Positions 40,569 to 49,407 of a stretch of DNA of 64,000 nucleotides are shown here, one piece after another; position 1 is the stretch's first letter; every line of letters begins with the position of its first letter. The translations under genes and the position numbers were made by a program. This stretch comes from a virus. The notes under the pieces are model-generated. The model did no database searches and had not been told where the DNA came from. It saw only the letters and a list, made by a program, of their open reading frames with translations. Location of the stretch: positions 24,494-88,493 of IMG/VR virus record IMGVR_UViG_3300048694_001042; one strand, given 5' to 3'.

Positions 40569-41159
40569 ATGCCAAATTTAGTCCCAATGGTCCTGGAAAA
40601 CACTTCAAAGGGCGAACGCAGTTACGATATTTACAGCAGATTGTTACGCGATCGAATTGTGATTTTGGACGGTGAAGTCAACAGCCACAGTTCCAGCTTG
40701 ATCACTGCTCAATTGCTGTTCTTGGAAAGTGACAACCCGGACAAAGCCATTTCGTTTTACATCAATTCACCTGGGGGCAGTGTAACAGCAGGCATGGCCA
40801 TACTGGACACTATGAATTTCATCAAGCCTGATATTCATACCATTGTGATGGGACAGGCTGCAAGCATGGGCAGTTTGTTGGCCAATGCAGGCACCAAGGG
40901 ACATCGTTATATTCTGCCCAATGCACGACACATGATCCACCAACCCTTGGGCGGTGCGTCAGGTCAGGCCACAGACGTTGAAATTCAAGCTAGAGAACTG
41001 TTGCGTTGGAAAAAGGTGTTGACCGATATCTACGTACAAAATACTGGCCGAGATTATGAAACACTACGCCAAGATATGGAACGTGATTTCTTCATGACAG
41101 CTGAAGAAGCTGTGGCATATGGTCTTGCTGACCGAGTGATTACCCGTCGAGAAGTTTAA
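40569..41159 (+). CDS. clpP: ATP-dependent Clp protease proteolytic subunit
   Basis: [35 protein letters not shown]; AAGGAG SD before ATG 40569. Confidence 0.95.
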   Translation: MPNLVPMVLENTSKGERSYDIYSRLLRDRIVILDGEVNSHSSSLITAQLLFLESDNPDKAISFYINSPGGSVTAGMAILDTMNFIKPDIHTIVMGQAASMGSLLANAGTKGHRYILPNARHMIHQPLGGASGQATDVEIQARELLRWKKVLTDIYVQNTGRDYETLRQDMERDFFMTAEEAVAYGLADRVITRREV

Positions 41160-41263
41160 TACCAGGTGCTGTTTCTGGTTTTGCGATGGTATTCGTTCAT
41201 GAACTCAGCCCATGCAACGATACCCTCGTGTAAACTTCTCAGTGATTTTCTAAGCCAGCTCAT
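41156..41263 (-). CDS. 35 aa hypothetical peptide
   Basis: ATGA-coupled to 41260-41424. Confidence 0.4.
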   Translation of the reverse strand: MSWLRKSLRSLHEGIVAWAEFMNEYHRKTRNSTWY

Positions 41264-41424
41264 AGCCAAGAACTCACTTGACGTTGTTCAAACTCTCGCA
41301 TGAACAGTTCTACATCGGCAGCACTTTGCGGATAGCGGTTGCTGATGTAATTTTCCATTTGGGTTTGGTAGTTGGACTTGGAAAACAAATCCACGATTCT
41401 TTCTATTAAAGCAATAAACGACAT
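41260..41424 (-). CDS. 54 aa hypothetical protein (weak DUF3563-like resemblance)
   Basis: AAGGAGA SD; MSFIALIERIVDLF..ENYISNRYPQSAADVELFMREFE. Confidence 0.55.
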   Translation of the reverse strand: MSFIALIERIVDLFSKSNYQTQMENYISNRYPQSAADVELFMREFEQRQVSSWL

Positions 41425-41462
41425 GATGTGTCTCCTTCTCAGTATTTACCATGAGAAGATGT

Positions 41463-41474
41463 TGCACTGCACAA
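41463..41474. promoter_or_regulatory. second PhaR-like box
   Basis: TGCACTGCACAA identical to 35073-35084. Confidence 0.5.
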
Positions 41475-41566
41475 AAACTCATGGTTTCTACTGAGATTTT
41501 TTAGTTAGTGCTCACTAAATTTACCCAAGGTCAAAAAGTAGTACTTTTGTAGTATTACATTTTTGG

Positions 41567-41595
41567 TTGACCGATATTTCCCGTTTTGCTATAAT
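41567..41595 (+). promoter_or_regulatory. sigma70-like early promoter
   Basis: TTGACC-17-TATAAT; near-duplicate of 44027 module. Confidence 0.8.
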
Positions 41596-41625
41596 ATACA
41601 CATAGACACACAAAAGGAGCCCCAA

Positions 41626-41904
41626 ATGAGTTACGTAGTTGTCGCAAAAGGTACTGGTCTTATTGTTACTGACGGTCCCAACAAGACCCGTGCCTACAAG
41701 ACTTGGGCCGCCGCCCAAGCAACTCGCAGTCGTTTGATCAACAAAGCGGGCTGGACCATTGATCAACTGATGATCATGGACTATGCTTCCTACCGTGCGC
41801 CCAAAATCACTGTGAAGTCGTTGATGACAGGTGCGGCAGTGGAAATTGACGCAGATACGCCGTGGTGTTGCCGCCCGGATTCCGAAGCTTATTGGAGCAT
41901 GTAA
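41626..41904 (+). CDS. hypothetical protein
   Basis: AAGGAG SD; ends DTPWCCRPDSEAYWSM. Confidence 0.7.
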   Translation: MSYVVVAKGTGLIVTDGPNKTRAYKTWAAAQATRSRLINKAGWTIDQLMIMDYASYRAPKITVKSLMTGAAVEIDADTPWCCRPDSEAYWSM

Positions 41905-41927
41905 TACTCAAGTATTACAAAATTCGG

Positions 41928-41956
41928 TTGACCCGAAATTCCCAATTTGCTATAAT
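41928..41956 (+). promoter_or_regulatory. sigma70-like early promoter
   Basis: TTGACC-17-TATAAT. Confidence 0.8.
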
Positions 41957-41988
41957 AGAAACATAGCGCAACAAAACAGGAGCGGAAG

Positions 41989-42339
41989 ATGGCGTACATG
42001 AGTCAAGAGCACAAAGCAAAGCTGGCACCCACTATCAAGGCAATTTGCAAAAAGTATGGCATCAAGGCCACACTGAGTGTTCGCAATCACAGCTCGCTGG
42101 TGCTCACAGTCAAGCAAGGCTCAATCGACTTTGGCGGCGATCGTATCCAAGTCAATCCCTACTGGTATCACGAACACTTTGAAGGTCGTGCTAAAGAGTT
42201 CCTGAGCGAAGTGATTCCAGCCATGTACGGTCCGGACTACTTTGATCATTCGGACGCCCAAACTGACTACTTCCATTGCTCGCACTACATCGACGTCAAT
42301 ATTGGCAAGTGGAATGCTCCTTACGCCCTGGAAAAGTAA
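41989..42339 (+). CDS. hypothetical phage protein
   Basis: AGGAG SD; FDHSDAQTDYFH motif. Confidence 0.75.
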   Translation: MAYMSQEHKAKLAPTIKAICKKYGIKATLSVRNHSSLVLTVKQGSIDFGGDRIQVNPYWYHEHFEGRAKEFLSEVIPAMYGPDYFDHSDAQTDYFHCSHYIDVNIGKWNAPYALEK

Positions 42340-42340
42340 T

Positions 42341-42637
42341 ATGAACAAGCGAGCACGCCGACAACTCATAATGGCCAAACGCTATGCCAAAGTGGATCAG
42401 CGCAAGCAACAGTCCCGCCAGGCCAAAGAGGATAACAAACGGTTTGAAGCAGAGATGGATTTTATTATGTTTCAAAATCATCCCATGGCCAAGATTGCCC
42501 GAGAGCTGATTGGCAAGTGGAATCGTGGTCATCGCGGCCATATTGAAAAGTGGCAAGAGGAAAATCCTGAGTTGTCGGCCCAAATGAAAGCCTACGTAGA
42601 GCAAGCACAAAAAGACTTTCGAGAATCAAGAAAATGA
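42341..42637 (+). CDS. hypothetical protein
   Basis: ATG 1 nt after upstream stop. Confidence 0.6.
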   Translation: MNKRARRQLIMAKRYAKVDQRKQQSRQAKEDNKRFEAEMDFIMFQNHPMAKIARELIGKWNRGHRGHIEKWQEENPELSAQMKAYVEQAQKDFRESRK

Positions 42638-42849
42638 ACGAGCGAATTAAACAACTTGCTGAACAGGCTGCGATAAGTTGTGGTTATTTTATCGGACCCA
42701 GGTTATACATGACACACGAAGAAGAAATGGAAAAGTTTGCCGAGTTGATTGTTCGGGAATGTGTGGAGACACTGGGAACATATGAAAATACATGGACTCA
42801 TGAAGAACAAATGACTCTATTGAAGAAACATTTCGGAGTTGAATCGTGA
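42634..42849 (+). CDS. hypothetical protein
   Basis: MNERIKQLAEQA..EKFAELIVREC..HFGVE common phage pattern. Confidence 0.7.
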   Translation: MNERIKQLAEQAAISCGYFIGPRLYMTHEEEMEKFAELIVRECVETLGTYENTWTHEEQMTLLKKHFGVES

Positions 42850-43096
42850 CAAAATTTGAATATTCAAAAGATGGATTATGGTATACCAAAAGTCATAAAG
42901 GTGAGCAAGTAAACCATTTGTTCAGGCTTGGCACAACTACACTTGACGGCATGAAGATTTATGAAATCATTATTGGTAAATTCAGATTGGCTTGGAGTTG
43001 AATTGTGAAATCAGTGGCACTATTTTTTGTCTATGCCATGGCACTATTCAACTGCTATGTTTGGATAATCAATCCTGAATTCTTCTACGCCATGCT

Positions 43097-43357
43097 GTGG
43101 AAGTTGGACATTTTTCTAACGCTGTTATTTGCTCCGTTGATTTGGAGTTTGCGGGAACCAAAGGCACTGACATGACAATGATACCGCATACACCAACTGA
43201 GCGACTTATTCTGCTTGAAGAGATTGAACGAGGCGACAAAATTGTAATTCCAACAAGTATTGAACATGCCAAGTTTATGATCCAAGTAGCACAATTTTAC
43301 ATTGACCAACAACACGAAGCCACATTCAAGGCACTAGCAAAGGACTATACAAAATGA
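43097..43357 (+). CDS. hypothetical protein
   Basis: ORF; start uncertain. Confidence 0.45.
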   Translation: MEVGHFSNAVICSVDLEFAGTKGTDMTMIPHTPTERLILLEEIERGDKIVIPTSIEHAKFMIQVAQFYIDQQHEATFKALAKDYTK

Positions 43358-43581
43358 TGAAACTTTCAACTGGACAAGACAGCACACTTGCCTCTTACCT
43401 CCAATTGTGCCTTGCAATTTTTGGCACAGGCAGCCCGCAGGTAAAGTTTATCATGAGCAAGATTGCTGAAAGCCCCAACGGTGCCCACGAAGAAGTCATT
43501 GCGGCAGAAAGCCAAATGATGTACTTGCTGGTCAACTTGCCCCCAGAAGGACAAGAAGAAATGAAAGGTTTACTAGCATGA
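43354..43581 (+). CDS. hypothetical protein
   Basis: AAGGA SD, ATGA overlap. Confidence 0.6.
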   Translation: MMKLSTGQDSTLASYLQLCLAIFGTGSPQVKFIMSKIAESPNGAHEEVIAAESQMMYLLVNLPPEGQEEMKGLLA

Positions 43582-43970
43582 CTGGATACTCAACATACAC
43601 TCGCTGGCAACGTATTGAAGAATGGGCCAAGAAACTAGGATTTCGACTGGCCGACCCCAAGCATGGCTGGACCGGTGTCGGCGATACTGATACAGTGGCA
43701 CTATACCCCGATGGCGAAGCACTGCCCATCTATGCCCGCGATACTGACATCTTCACAGGCACCTTCAGCCAAGTGGAAACCTTTCTCACAGGTTGGGTTC
43801 GGTACCAGCAATACGCGGCTATCTTGGGTGCCGCAGATGACAAGCGAGTCAAGCGGTACGAGGACAAAGAACGTGCTCGTCAAGTAGAACAACGCAAGCG
43901 GGAAGAGCAGAAACAGATGATGGAAGTGCTACGAGCTTCAGATGCTGAAAATTCCAGCAAGAAAAAGTAG
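43578..43970 (+). CDS. hypothetical protein
   Basis: ATGA overlap; 130 aa. Confidence 0.65.
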   Translation: MTGYSTYTRWQRIEEWAKKLGFRLADPKHGWTGVGDTDTVALYPDGEALPIYARDTDIFTGTFSQVETFLTGWVRYQQYAAILGAADDKRVKRYEDKERARQVEQRKREEQKQMMEVLRASDAENSSKKK

Positions 43971-44026
43971 TACTTGAGTATTACCTTTTTACACATAGGT
44001 TAGTACCCACTAACCTATTGTTTTGG

Positions 44027-44055
44027 TTGACCAATATTTGCCGTTTTGCTATAAT
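44027..44055 (+). promoter_or_regulatory. sigma70-like early promoter upstream of cassette array 1
   Basis: TTGACC-17-TATAAT; 10 bp perfect stem at 43995-44018. Confidence 0.8.
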
Positions 44056-44084
44056 ATACACATAGACAGCAAAAAGGACGCAAC

Positions 44085-44312
44085 ATGTGGAACTTGGAAG
44101 GCAAGCGAGTGGTTGGCAAATACATGGGCACATTCGTCGTGCAAGGTGTTGTTGAACTCAGTCGTGTGCAATACGGCGGTGAAGTGGCACACCACATTCA
44201 ACTGGACCAGCCCATTGAGGTCTACGGTGCTATGCGTGAGCGTGTGATTCTCGAGCACAAATATGTTGAGCGTGTGATGGACGTTCGTAACCAAAGCATT
44301 GAGGTTGAATAA
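44085..44312 (+). CDS. hypothetical protein
   Basis: AAGGA SD; first gene after promoter. Confidence 0.7.
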   Translation: MWNLEGKRVVGKYMGTFVVQGVVELSRVQYGGEVAHHIQLDQPIEVYGAMRERVILEHKYVERVMDVRNQSIEVE

Positions 44313-44498
44313 TGCGAGAAGAAAAACTCTACACTGTGCGCTGGACGCAAGAATACACCCTGTGGCCCACTATGGACTTGACCGAGGCTCGTGCTGTGTT
44401 GGCAAGGATCATGGCGCTATGAAATACATTCATCACATCCATTGCTTTGTGCTAGGTGTGTTTGTTGGGGTCAACATTGTGTTTTTTATGGTGATCAA

Positions 44499-44861
44499 AT
44501 GAAATGGTTTGCTGAAACAACTGAATGGTCGGATGCTACTATTCCCAACGGGGTGTATTTGTTGGACGACTCAAAGAGCAAGATGTATGCATTCCGTCCG
44601 TTTGGGGGCGCAGGCAAAGTCAAAGTGTTCAAGAATCCAATCAAACTTGACACCCGTGGCCGCAAGTTCAAGATCAATGATGTGCAATACAAGACGCAAG
44701 TGAATGAGGAAGTGCCAGAAGGCCGCGTGTGGACAGTGAAAGGATCAAAAGGCGATGAGTACCGAGTATCAGAACTCAATGGAGAATATTCATGCACCTG
44801 CTCAGGATTTAAGTTTCGAGCCAAATGTAAGCACACGGAAAGTATTCGTCAAACGGTTTGA
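44499..44861 (+). CDS. SWIM zinc-finger protein
   Basis: VKGSKGDEYRV..CTCSGFKFRAKCKH. Confidence 0.75.
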   Translation: MKWFAETTEWSDATIPNGVYLLDDSKSKMYAFRPFGGAGKVKVFKNPIKLDTRGRKFKINDVQYKTQVNEEVPEGRVWTVKGSKGDEYRVSELNGEYSCTCSGFKFRAKCKHTESIRQTV

Positions 44862-45033
44862 TGTAGATAGCGTGGGCATGTTTCGAGATGGCCGTTGGGC
44901 TGAAATGATTGACTGGTGCCAACACAATCTATACCATGGTGGCTACTATGAGCCTAACTGGTATGCTGACTACCCTACGTTCTACTTCTACGACGAGAAG
45001 GAATACACTGCATTTTTGTTGAGGTGGTCATAA
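44755..45033 (+). CDS. LRW-family protein A1
   Basis: ends AFLLRWS; start uncertain (possibly 44878). Confidence 0.65.
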   Translation: MSTEYQNSMENIHAPAQDLSFEPNVSTRKVFVKRFDVDSVGMFRDGRWAEMIDWCQHNLYHGGYYEPNWYADYPTFYFYDEKEYTAFLLRWS

Positions 45034-45293
45034 TGGAAGCATTGGAACGCTACGAAATCGAGCAACGTCGCCCACTGATGGACTGTGTCACGTATAGTGA
45101 CAAGTCGTGGACTACGGTGGAACTCCAGGACTGTCATTCTGGTGCATGGCAGTGGGGAGAAGGTGAGTATTACAACTGGTGTGATGCTAACTGTACCGAC
45201 AAATACAACATCGTAAAATACAAACATCAAACTATCGTTGGGCGTTTCAAGAGTGCCGCAGATGCTACTGCGTTTGTGTTGAGGTGGTCATGA
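45033..45293 (+). CDS. LRW-family protein A2
   Basis: TAATG overlap; ends AFVLRWS. Confidence 0.75.
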   Translation: MEALERYEIEQRRPLMDCVTYSDKSWTTVELQDCHSGAWQWGEGEYYNWCDANCTDKYNIVKYKHQTIVGRFKSAADATAFVLRWS

Positions 45294-45496
45294 TCAAAGA
45301 TATGGTACTTCACCATGATTGGACTGTGGTTGAGTTTGACGTGCCCAAATGGGTCATGGACAGAGTGGCCAAGGAACGCGAGATTCGCACTTGGTGCGAC
45401 ACACATTTCCCCCATGGTCGTTGGCAAGTGTTTTCCAATAGGGCGTATTTCCAAAAAGCCAGTGACGCTGTATTTTTCAAAATGGTGTGGTCGTGA
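45290..45496 (+). CDS. LRW-family protein A3
   Basis: ATGA overlap; ends FFKMVWS. Confidence 0.75.
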   Translation: MIKDMVLHHDWTVVEFDVPKWVMDRVAKEREIRTWCDTHFPHGRWQVFSNRAYFQKASDAVFFKMVWS

Positions 45497-45693
45497 AAAT
45501 AGAAAAGACTGGATACGCCGGGTGGAACAACTATCCTGTTTATCGTGTGAGAAGTTTTCAGGATTGGGAAGAACTCACTAGATGGATGCGAGCCAATGGT
45601 GTAGAACATTTCTTGTTGAGCAGTAGTAGTAGCATGGGATATACTTTTCAAGTAACACATAACCATGAGTGGTTTGCGTTGAGGTGGGCATGA
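45493..45693 (+). CDS. LRW-family protein A4
   Basis: GTGA overlap; ends WFALRWA. Confidence 0.75.
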   Translation: MKIEKTGYAGWNNYPVYRVRSFQDWEELTRWMRANGVEHFLLSSSSSMGYTFQVTHNHEWFALRWA

Positions 45694-45896
45694 AAATCAA
45701 AGTAAAAGATCTCTACTTCAAATTATCACAGCAATACCCCTACAATTACAGAGTGGAGGTCAGTGCCGATGCTCTTGCGGCTGACAAAGTAAGTGCGTGG
45801 TTGAAAGAAAATTCAATTCCGCATACACAAACCGGTTGGGGTGTGTATTATATGAACAAGCCCGGTGTTGAGTGGTTGTTGATGAGGTGGTCATGA
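45690..45896 (+). CDS. LRW-family protein A5
   Basis: ATGA overlap; ends WLLMRWS. Confidence 0.75.
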   Translation: MKIKVKDLYFKLSQQYPYNYRVEVSADALAADKVSAWLKENSIPHTQTGWGVYYMNKPGVEWLLMRWS

Positions 45897-46177
45897 GTCA
45901 CGGACCTTTGACGCCAGTGGAGAGAATTTTGGCAACTATTCGTCGCAAACATACCAAAGGTGAGTGGCGGTTTGATTACAATCCCGACAAAGAACGCTGG
46001 GAAACTTATCGCACGCCAATAGACTGGCCGTTTGGTTTGTATGGCTGGCTGTGGGAGCTTGGTAATCCACTCAGTGATCTAGCAGGCAATGAATCTAGTG
46101 GCTGGGACTATCATGGTGGCCATATTTACTTCTACGATGAGAAGTTGGTCACTGCGTTTATGTTGAGGTGGTCATGA
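45893..46177 (+). CDS. LRW-family protein A6
   Basis: ATGA overlap; ends AFMLRWS. Confidence 0.75.
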   Translation: MSHGPLTPVERILATIRRKHTKGEWRFDYNPDKERWETYRTPIDWPFGLYGWLWELGNPLSDLAGNESSGWDYHGGHIYFYDEKLVTAFMLRWS

Positions 46178-46386
46178 AATTTACACCTGTTGACTTGCCA
46201 ATTCAGTATGGCAAAATAGAAGCAGTAAAATGGCTAAGAGAAACCATTGGTTATTCCAGGCTGGACGCGATGGCACGGTGGGACCAACTGATTTGGTATC
46301 ACGATTGGGTGTCCAGTAAAGAATGTTTTAGATTCTACTTTCGTAATCCCGAACACGCAACACTATTCGCATTGAGGTGGCTATAA
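46174..46386 (+). CDS. LRW-family protein A7
   Basis: ATGA overlap; ends LFALRWL. Confidence 0.75.
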   Translation: MKFTPVDLPIQYGKIEAVKWLRETIGYSRLDAMARWDQLIWYHDWVSSKECFRFYFRNPEHATLFALRWL

Positions 46387-46637
46387 TGACTGAAGTGTAT
46401 CTTATAATCGACGGCCAAAAGGTTCGTGTGCCTACTCGCCCCTATGAGGCTTCGGACTTGGGTTGGCACAGAGGTGCAGATTATGGGTCTGCATTAAACT
46501 GGAAAGAACACGATTTTGTATCGATACGGGAGTGGTGTGAGGCAACATTTGATCCGCATGTTTACAAAATGTTTATGCGAAGCGTTTGGTTCTTATATGA
46601 GCACGATGCTGTGCTGTGTAGGTTGAAGTGGTCATGA
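46386..46637 (+). CDS. LRW-family protein A8
   Basis: TAATG overlap; ends LCRLKWS. Confidence 0.75.
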   Translation: MTEVYLIIDGQKVRVPTRPYEASDLGWHRGADYGSALNWKEHDFVSIREWCEATFDPHVYKMFMRSVWFLYEHDAVLCRLKWS

Positions 46638-46819
46638 CCAAAATACCTGTAAAATTCGATGACAGATTCAGCCGACACGAAGTATTTTACTGGGCCATTG
46701 CGGCGTTTGGCGCACCAGAAAGATGGCGCTCAAATGAGCGTTGGTCGTGGGACACCATCGATACTTTTTATTTCCGTGATCAAGAGGATGCTATTTACTT
46801 TGCATTGAGGTGGCGATGA
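46634..46819 (+). CDS. LRW-family protein A9
   Basis: ATGA overlap; ends YFALRWR. Confidence 0.75.
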   Translation: MTKIPVKFDDRFSRHEVFYWAIAAFGAPERWRSNERWSWDTIDTFYFRDQEDAIYFALRWR

Positions 46820-47049
46820 ATTCAGCACAAAGACGTCGAGCACGACGTGAATTTCCGCATGTGGTGTTGTTGAACCCAGCAGAATCAGAACGGTACTTTC
46901 AGCATGACAACCGAGTAATCAAAGCCCGTGGGTGGTGTCGGCGTCAATTTGTCGAAGGTACCTGGACCAGCAAAGAACTTTGGGACCACGCAGAGTTTAA
47001 GTTTAGTAAACAAAAGGATGCAGTGTATTTTGCACTCAAATGGTCATGA
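46816..47049 (+). CDS. LRW-family protein A10
   Basis: ATGA overlap; ends YFALKWS. Confidence 0.75.
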   Translation: MNSAQRRRARREFPHVVLLNPAESERYFQHDNRVIKARGWCRRQFVEGTWTSKELWDHAEFKFSKQKDAVYFALKWS

Positions 47050-47237
47050 AGGTTTATCAAGTTGTGGGCTACCCACGCAATCATTATTTTGTTAAAACTT
47101 TTTCAGAGTTATTGGAAATTATGAGTTGGATGCAAAAGAACAATGTAGGTCATTTGCACGAATCCAGCGGCCTACACGGATATGGATTTAGCGTTCGTAA
47201 GAACATCGAGTGGTTTGCATTGAAGTGGTTGACATGA
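47046..47237 (+). CDS. LRW-family protein A11
   Basis: ATGA overlap; ends WFALKWLT. Confidence 0.75.
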   Translation: MKVYQVVGYPRNHYFVKTFSELLEIMSWMQKNNVGHLHESSGLHGYGFSVRKNIEWFALKWLT

Positions 47238-47506
47238 CGCACATCAAAACTTGGCGTTTAACTTGGAGTTACGATAGCTTGCCCGGTGCCCACGACATCG
47301 AGTACGCAGAAAGTCTTGGCTGCACGGTTGTGGTCCACGACAACATAAAGACGGCAGAAATTACAGGTCCAGATGGCAGAGCCTATTATTATGCCCGGCC
47401 CAGTTTCTACGGATTGGAATTTATTACTACAACCGATAGACAAGAAATGGCTTTGCTGTTAAAATATGGAGACTTACTAGAGCTTCGGCGCACCAAAGCA
47501 ATATGA
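47234..47506 (+). CDS. LRW-family variant A12
   Basis: ATGA overlap; ALLLKYG plus short extension. Confidence 0.65.
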   Translation: MTHIKTWRLTWSYDSLPGAHDIEYAESLGCTVVVHDNIKTAEITGPDGRAYYYARPSFYGLEFITTTDRQEMALLLKYGDLLELRRTKAI

Positions 47507-47787
47507 TGATGACTAATGTTCAGAATTGGATTCGTAGTAAGCGACCGCATGTTCGTGATATGGTCTATGGCGATAAACTTTTTTACTTTGCACCATACGA
47601 AGAGCCCGGTTGGCTTAGAGATGATGGGTACCGATGGTATCGCATAAGTTGCAGTTATTGGTTCGCGGACTGGATCGAAGCAAACGGAATCAAAAATGTG
47701 CAGTGGGAAGCTTACGGTGAACGGCATCGTGCCATTTACATGGTGCGTGATGACTTGTTTGCGTTTATAAAGTTGAAGTGGCTGTGA
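47503..47787 (+). CDS. LRW-family protein A13
   Basis: ATGA overlap; ends FIKLKWL. Confidence 0.75.
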   Translation: MMMTNVQNWIRSKRPHVRDMVYGDKLFYFAPYEEPGWLRDDGYRWYRISCSYWFADWIEANGIKNVQWEAYGERHRAIYMVRDDLFAFIKLKWL

Positions 47788-47802
47788 AAACGTGTTGCAC
47801 AA

Positions 47803-48018
47803 ATGAGTTATTTGAAGCATGAGGTGAAAATTCACAAAGACCAATATTGGGACGCCACTCACTGGTGTTTTGACCAGTTTGGTAGCAGATGGAGTCCGGT
47901 CAGCAACAGATCGGGTGCGTGGGCAGTATTTTGGTGTGGTACTGATCAGCGAAACCTATATAGGTTTTCTTTTGCTCAGGAGCAGGACATGGTTTGGTTT
48001 GCATTGAGGTTTGCATGA
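47803..48018 (+). CDS. LRW-family protein A14
   Basis: 15 nt gap upstream; ends WFALRFA. Confidence 0.75.
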   Translation: MSYLKHEVKIHKDQYWDATHWCFDQFGSRWSPVSNRSGAWAVFWCGTDQRNLYRFSFAQEQDMVWFALRFA

Positions 48019-48242
48019 AAGTCAATCTATTTAATCATTGGTTCAAATATAAAGTCCCTGTTGATACGCATATTGATAGGGTTAAGGATGCTGTATTAAA
48101 AGATAAACAACATTACTTGCGTTTTTGGGGCTGGCTCAATGATGTACATGATGTGGGGCAATACTACAAAGTCAGTGAAGGTCGCAACTACATGGTATTT
48201 CACAATCGAGCTCACTATATGATGTTTCTGTTAAAATTATGA
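48015..48242 (+). CDS. LRW-family protein A15
   Basis: ATGA overlap; ends MFLLKL. Confidence 0.7.
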   Translation: MKVNLFNHWFKYKVPVDTHIDRVKDAVLKDKQHYLRFWGWLNDVHDVGQYYKVSEGRNYMVFHNRAHYMMFLLKL

Positions 48243-48505
48243 TACTTCGAGACATAGACAAACTTTGGTATACCTTGCCGGACAAGATGGAGAACTTCAC
48301 CGGTCAGCGAGTAGACGACGATCCGGAGTGTCGCCGTTTTATTCGCAAAAACTTCAGTCATTGGCAATTCAGCGGTCTGGACAAGTTTGACGAAATTTTG
48401 ATTTGGTGCGAACAACACCTGGGCAATAATTTTATTTGGGACTGGGAAACCATTTATTTCAAGACTGAGCAAGACCGGGCGTTCTTTTTGTTGAGGTGGG
48501 CATGA
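48239..48505 (+). CDS. LRW-family protein A16
   Basis: ATGA overlap; ends FFLLRWA. Confidence 0.75.
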   Translation: MILRDIDKLWYTLPDKMENFTGQRVDDDPECRRFIRKNFSHWQFSGLDKFDEILIWCEQHLGNNFIWDWETIYFKTEQDRAFFLLRWA

Positions 48506-48708
48506 AATACTGGAACAAAGATAAAAACACTAGACAGAAACATTGGTTTCGTGTTGAGCTGCCCAACAAAGGGTGGAACTACGCTCAATCCAAGCGTGAG
48601 TTACAACTGCAAGACAGCCCGGGTAAGTTTTATCTCTACTACGGTAGCAATAGTATTTGGTTTGAGCGCGAGCAGGATGCTATGTGGTTTAGGTTGAAAT
48701 GTGTATGA
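48502..48708 (+). CDS. LRW-family protein A17
   Basis: ATGA overlap; ends WFRLKCV. Confidence 0.75.
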   Translation: MKYWNKDKNTRQKHWFRVELPNKGWNYAQSKRELQLQDSPGKFYLYYGSNSIWFEREQDAMWFRLKCV

Positions 48709-48935
48709 GAGTAGATATTGAACCGCAGTGGAAGCGACTGGCCAACTGGTATTGGGACAATGCTGGCGGCTACGAAGGTGTGGGCATGAGCATTTGGGCA
48801 ATGCTGGAGCGTGACTACGGTGCTATCAAAGTTTACCATGGTGTCCGCGGCGGCAAACTCGGAGCAAAGCACCAGTCCTTGGTGGAATTTCCTGACGAAA
48901 AAACTTATACAATGTTCTTATTGAGGTTTGGATGA
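48705..48935 (+). CDS. LRW-family protein A18
   Basis: ATGA overlap; ends MFLLRFG. Confidence 0.75.
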   Translation: MRVDIEPQWKRLANWYWDNAGGYEGVGMSIWAMLERDYGAIKVYHGVRGGKLGAKHQSLVEFPDEKTYTMFLLRFG

Positions 48936-49165
48936 TTAGAATAAAGATATTTGAAGAAGATCGCCATCCATTAGAAATCCCACAATGGTGGTATAACTTT
49001 TGTCCAGATAGTTTCGGCGAAGAAGAACTCAATCATGCTCTCATGGACTGGTCAGCAAACTTTTGGATAGCAAAACCCATAAATCCGTTAAACGGTTACG
49101 GGGACAGATATCTTGATTTTTACGATGAAAAAGCGTATACTTGGTTTATGCTGAGGTGGACATAG
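48932..49165 (+). CDS. LRW-family protein A19
   Basis: ATGA overlap; ends WFMLRWT. Confidence 0.75.
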   Translation: MIRIKIFEEDRHPLEIPQWWYNFCPDSFGEEELNHALMDWSANFWIAKPINPLNGYGDRYLDFYDEKAYTWFMLRWT

Positions 49166-49407
49166 TGTTTATCCATACATACGAGCTGATGAAAGATGCA
49201 GATGGTTCCGGTGGCGGACCATGGCACGTTGCGGCATTTACTGCTCCAAGAAGCTATCGTGAGATTGTTGAGTGGTGCTTAAAAACATTTGGACCAGCAG
49301 GCTACCATGATACACCGCAGGCCAGATGGAAAAATGATATTTTCTACGGTGAAGTATATTTTAGTCGTCAAGAAGACCTTGAGTGGTTTGTATTGAGGTG
49401 GTCATGA
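49165..49407 (+). CDS. LRW-family protein A20
   Basis: TAGTG overlap; ends WFVLRWS. Confidence 0.7.
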   Translation: MFIHTYELMKDADGSGGGPWHVAAFTAPRSYREIVEWCLKTFGPAGYHDTPQARWKNDIFYGEVYFSRQEDLEWFVLRWS

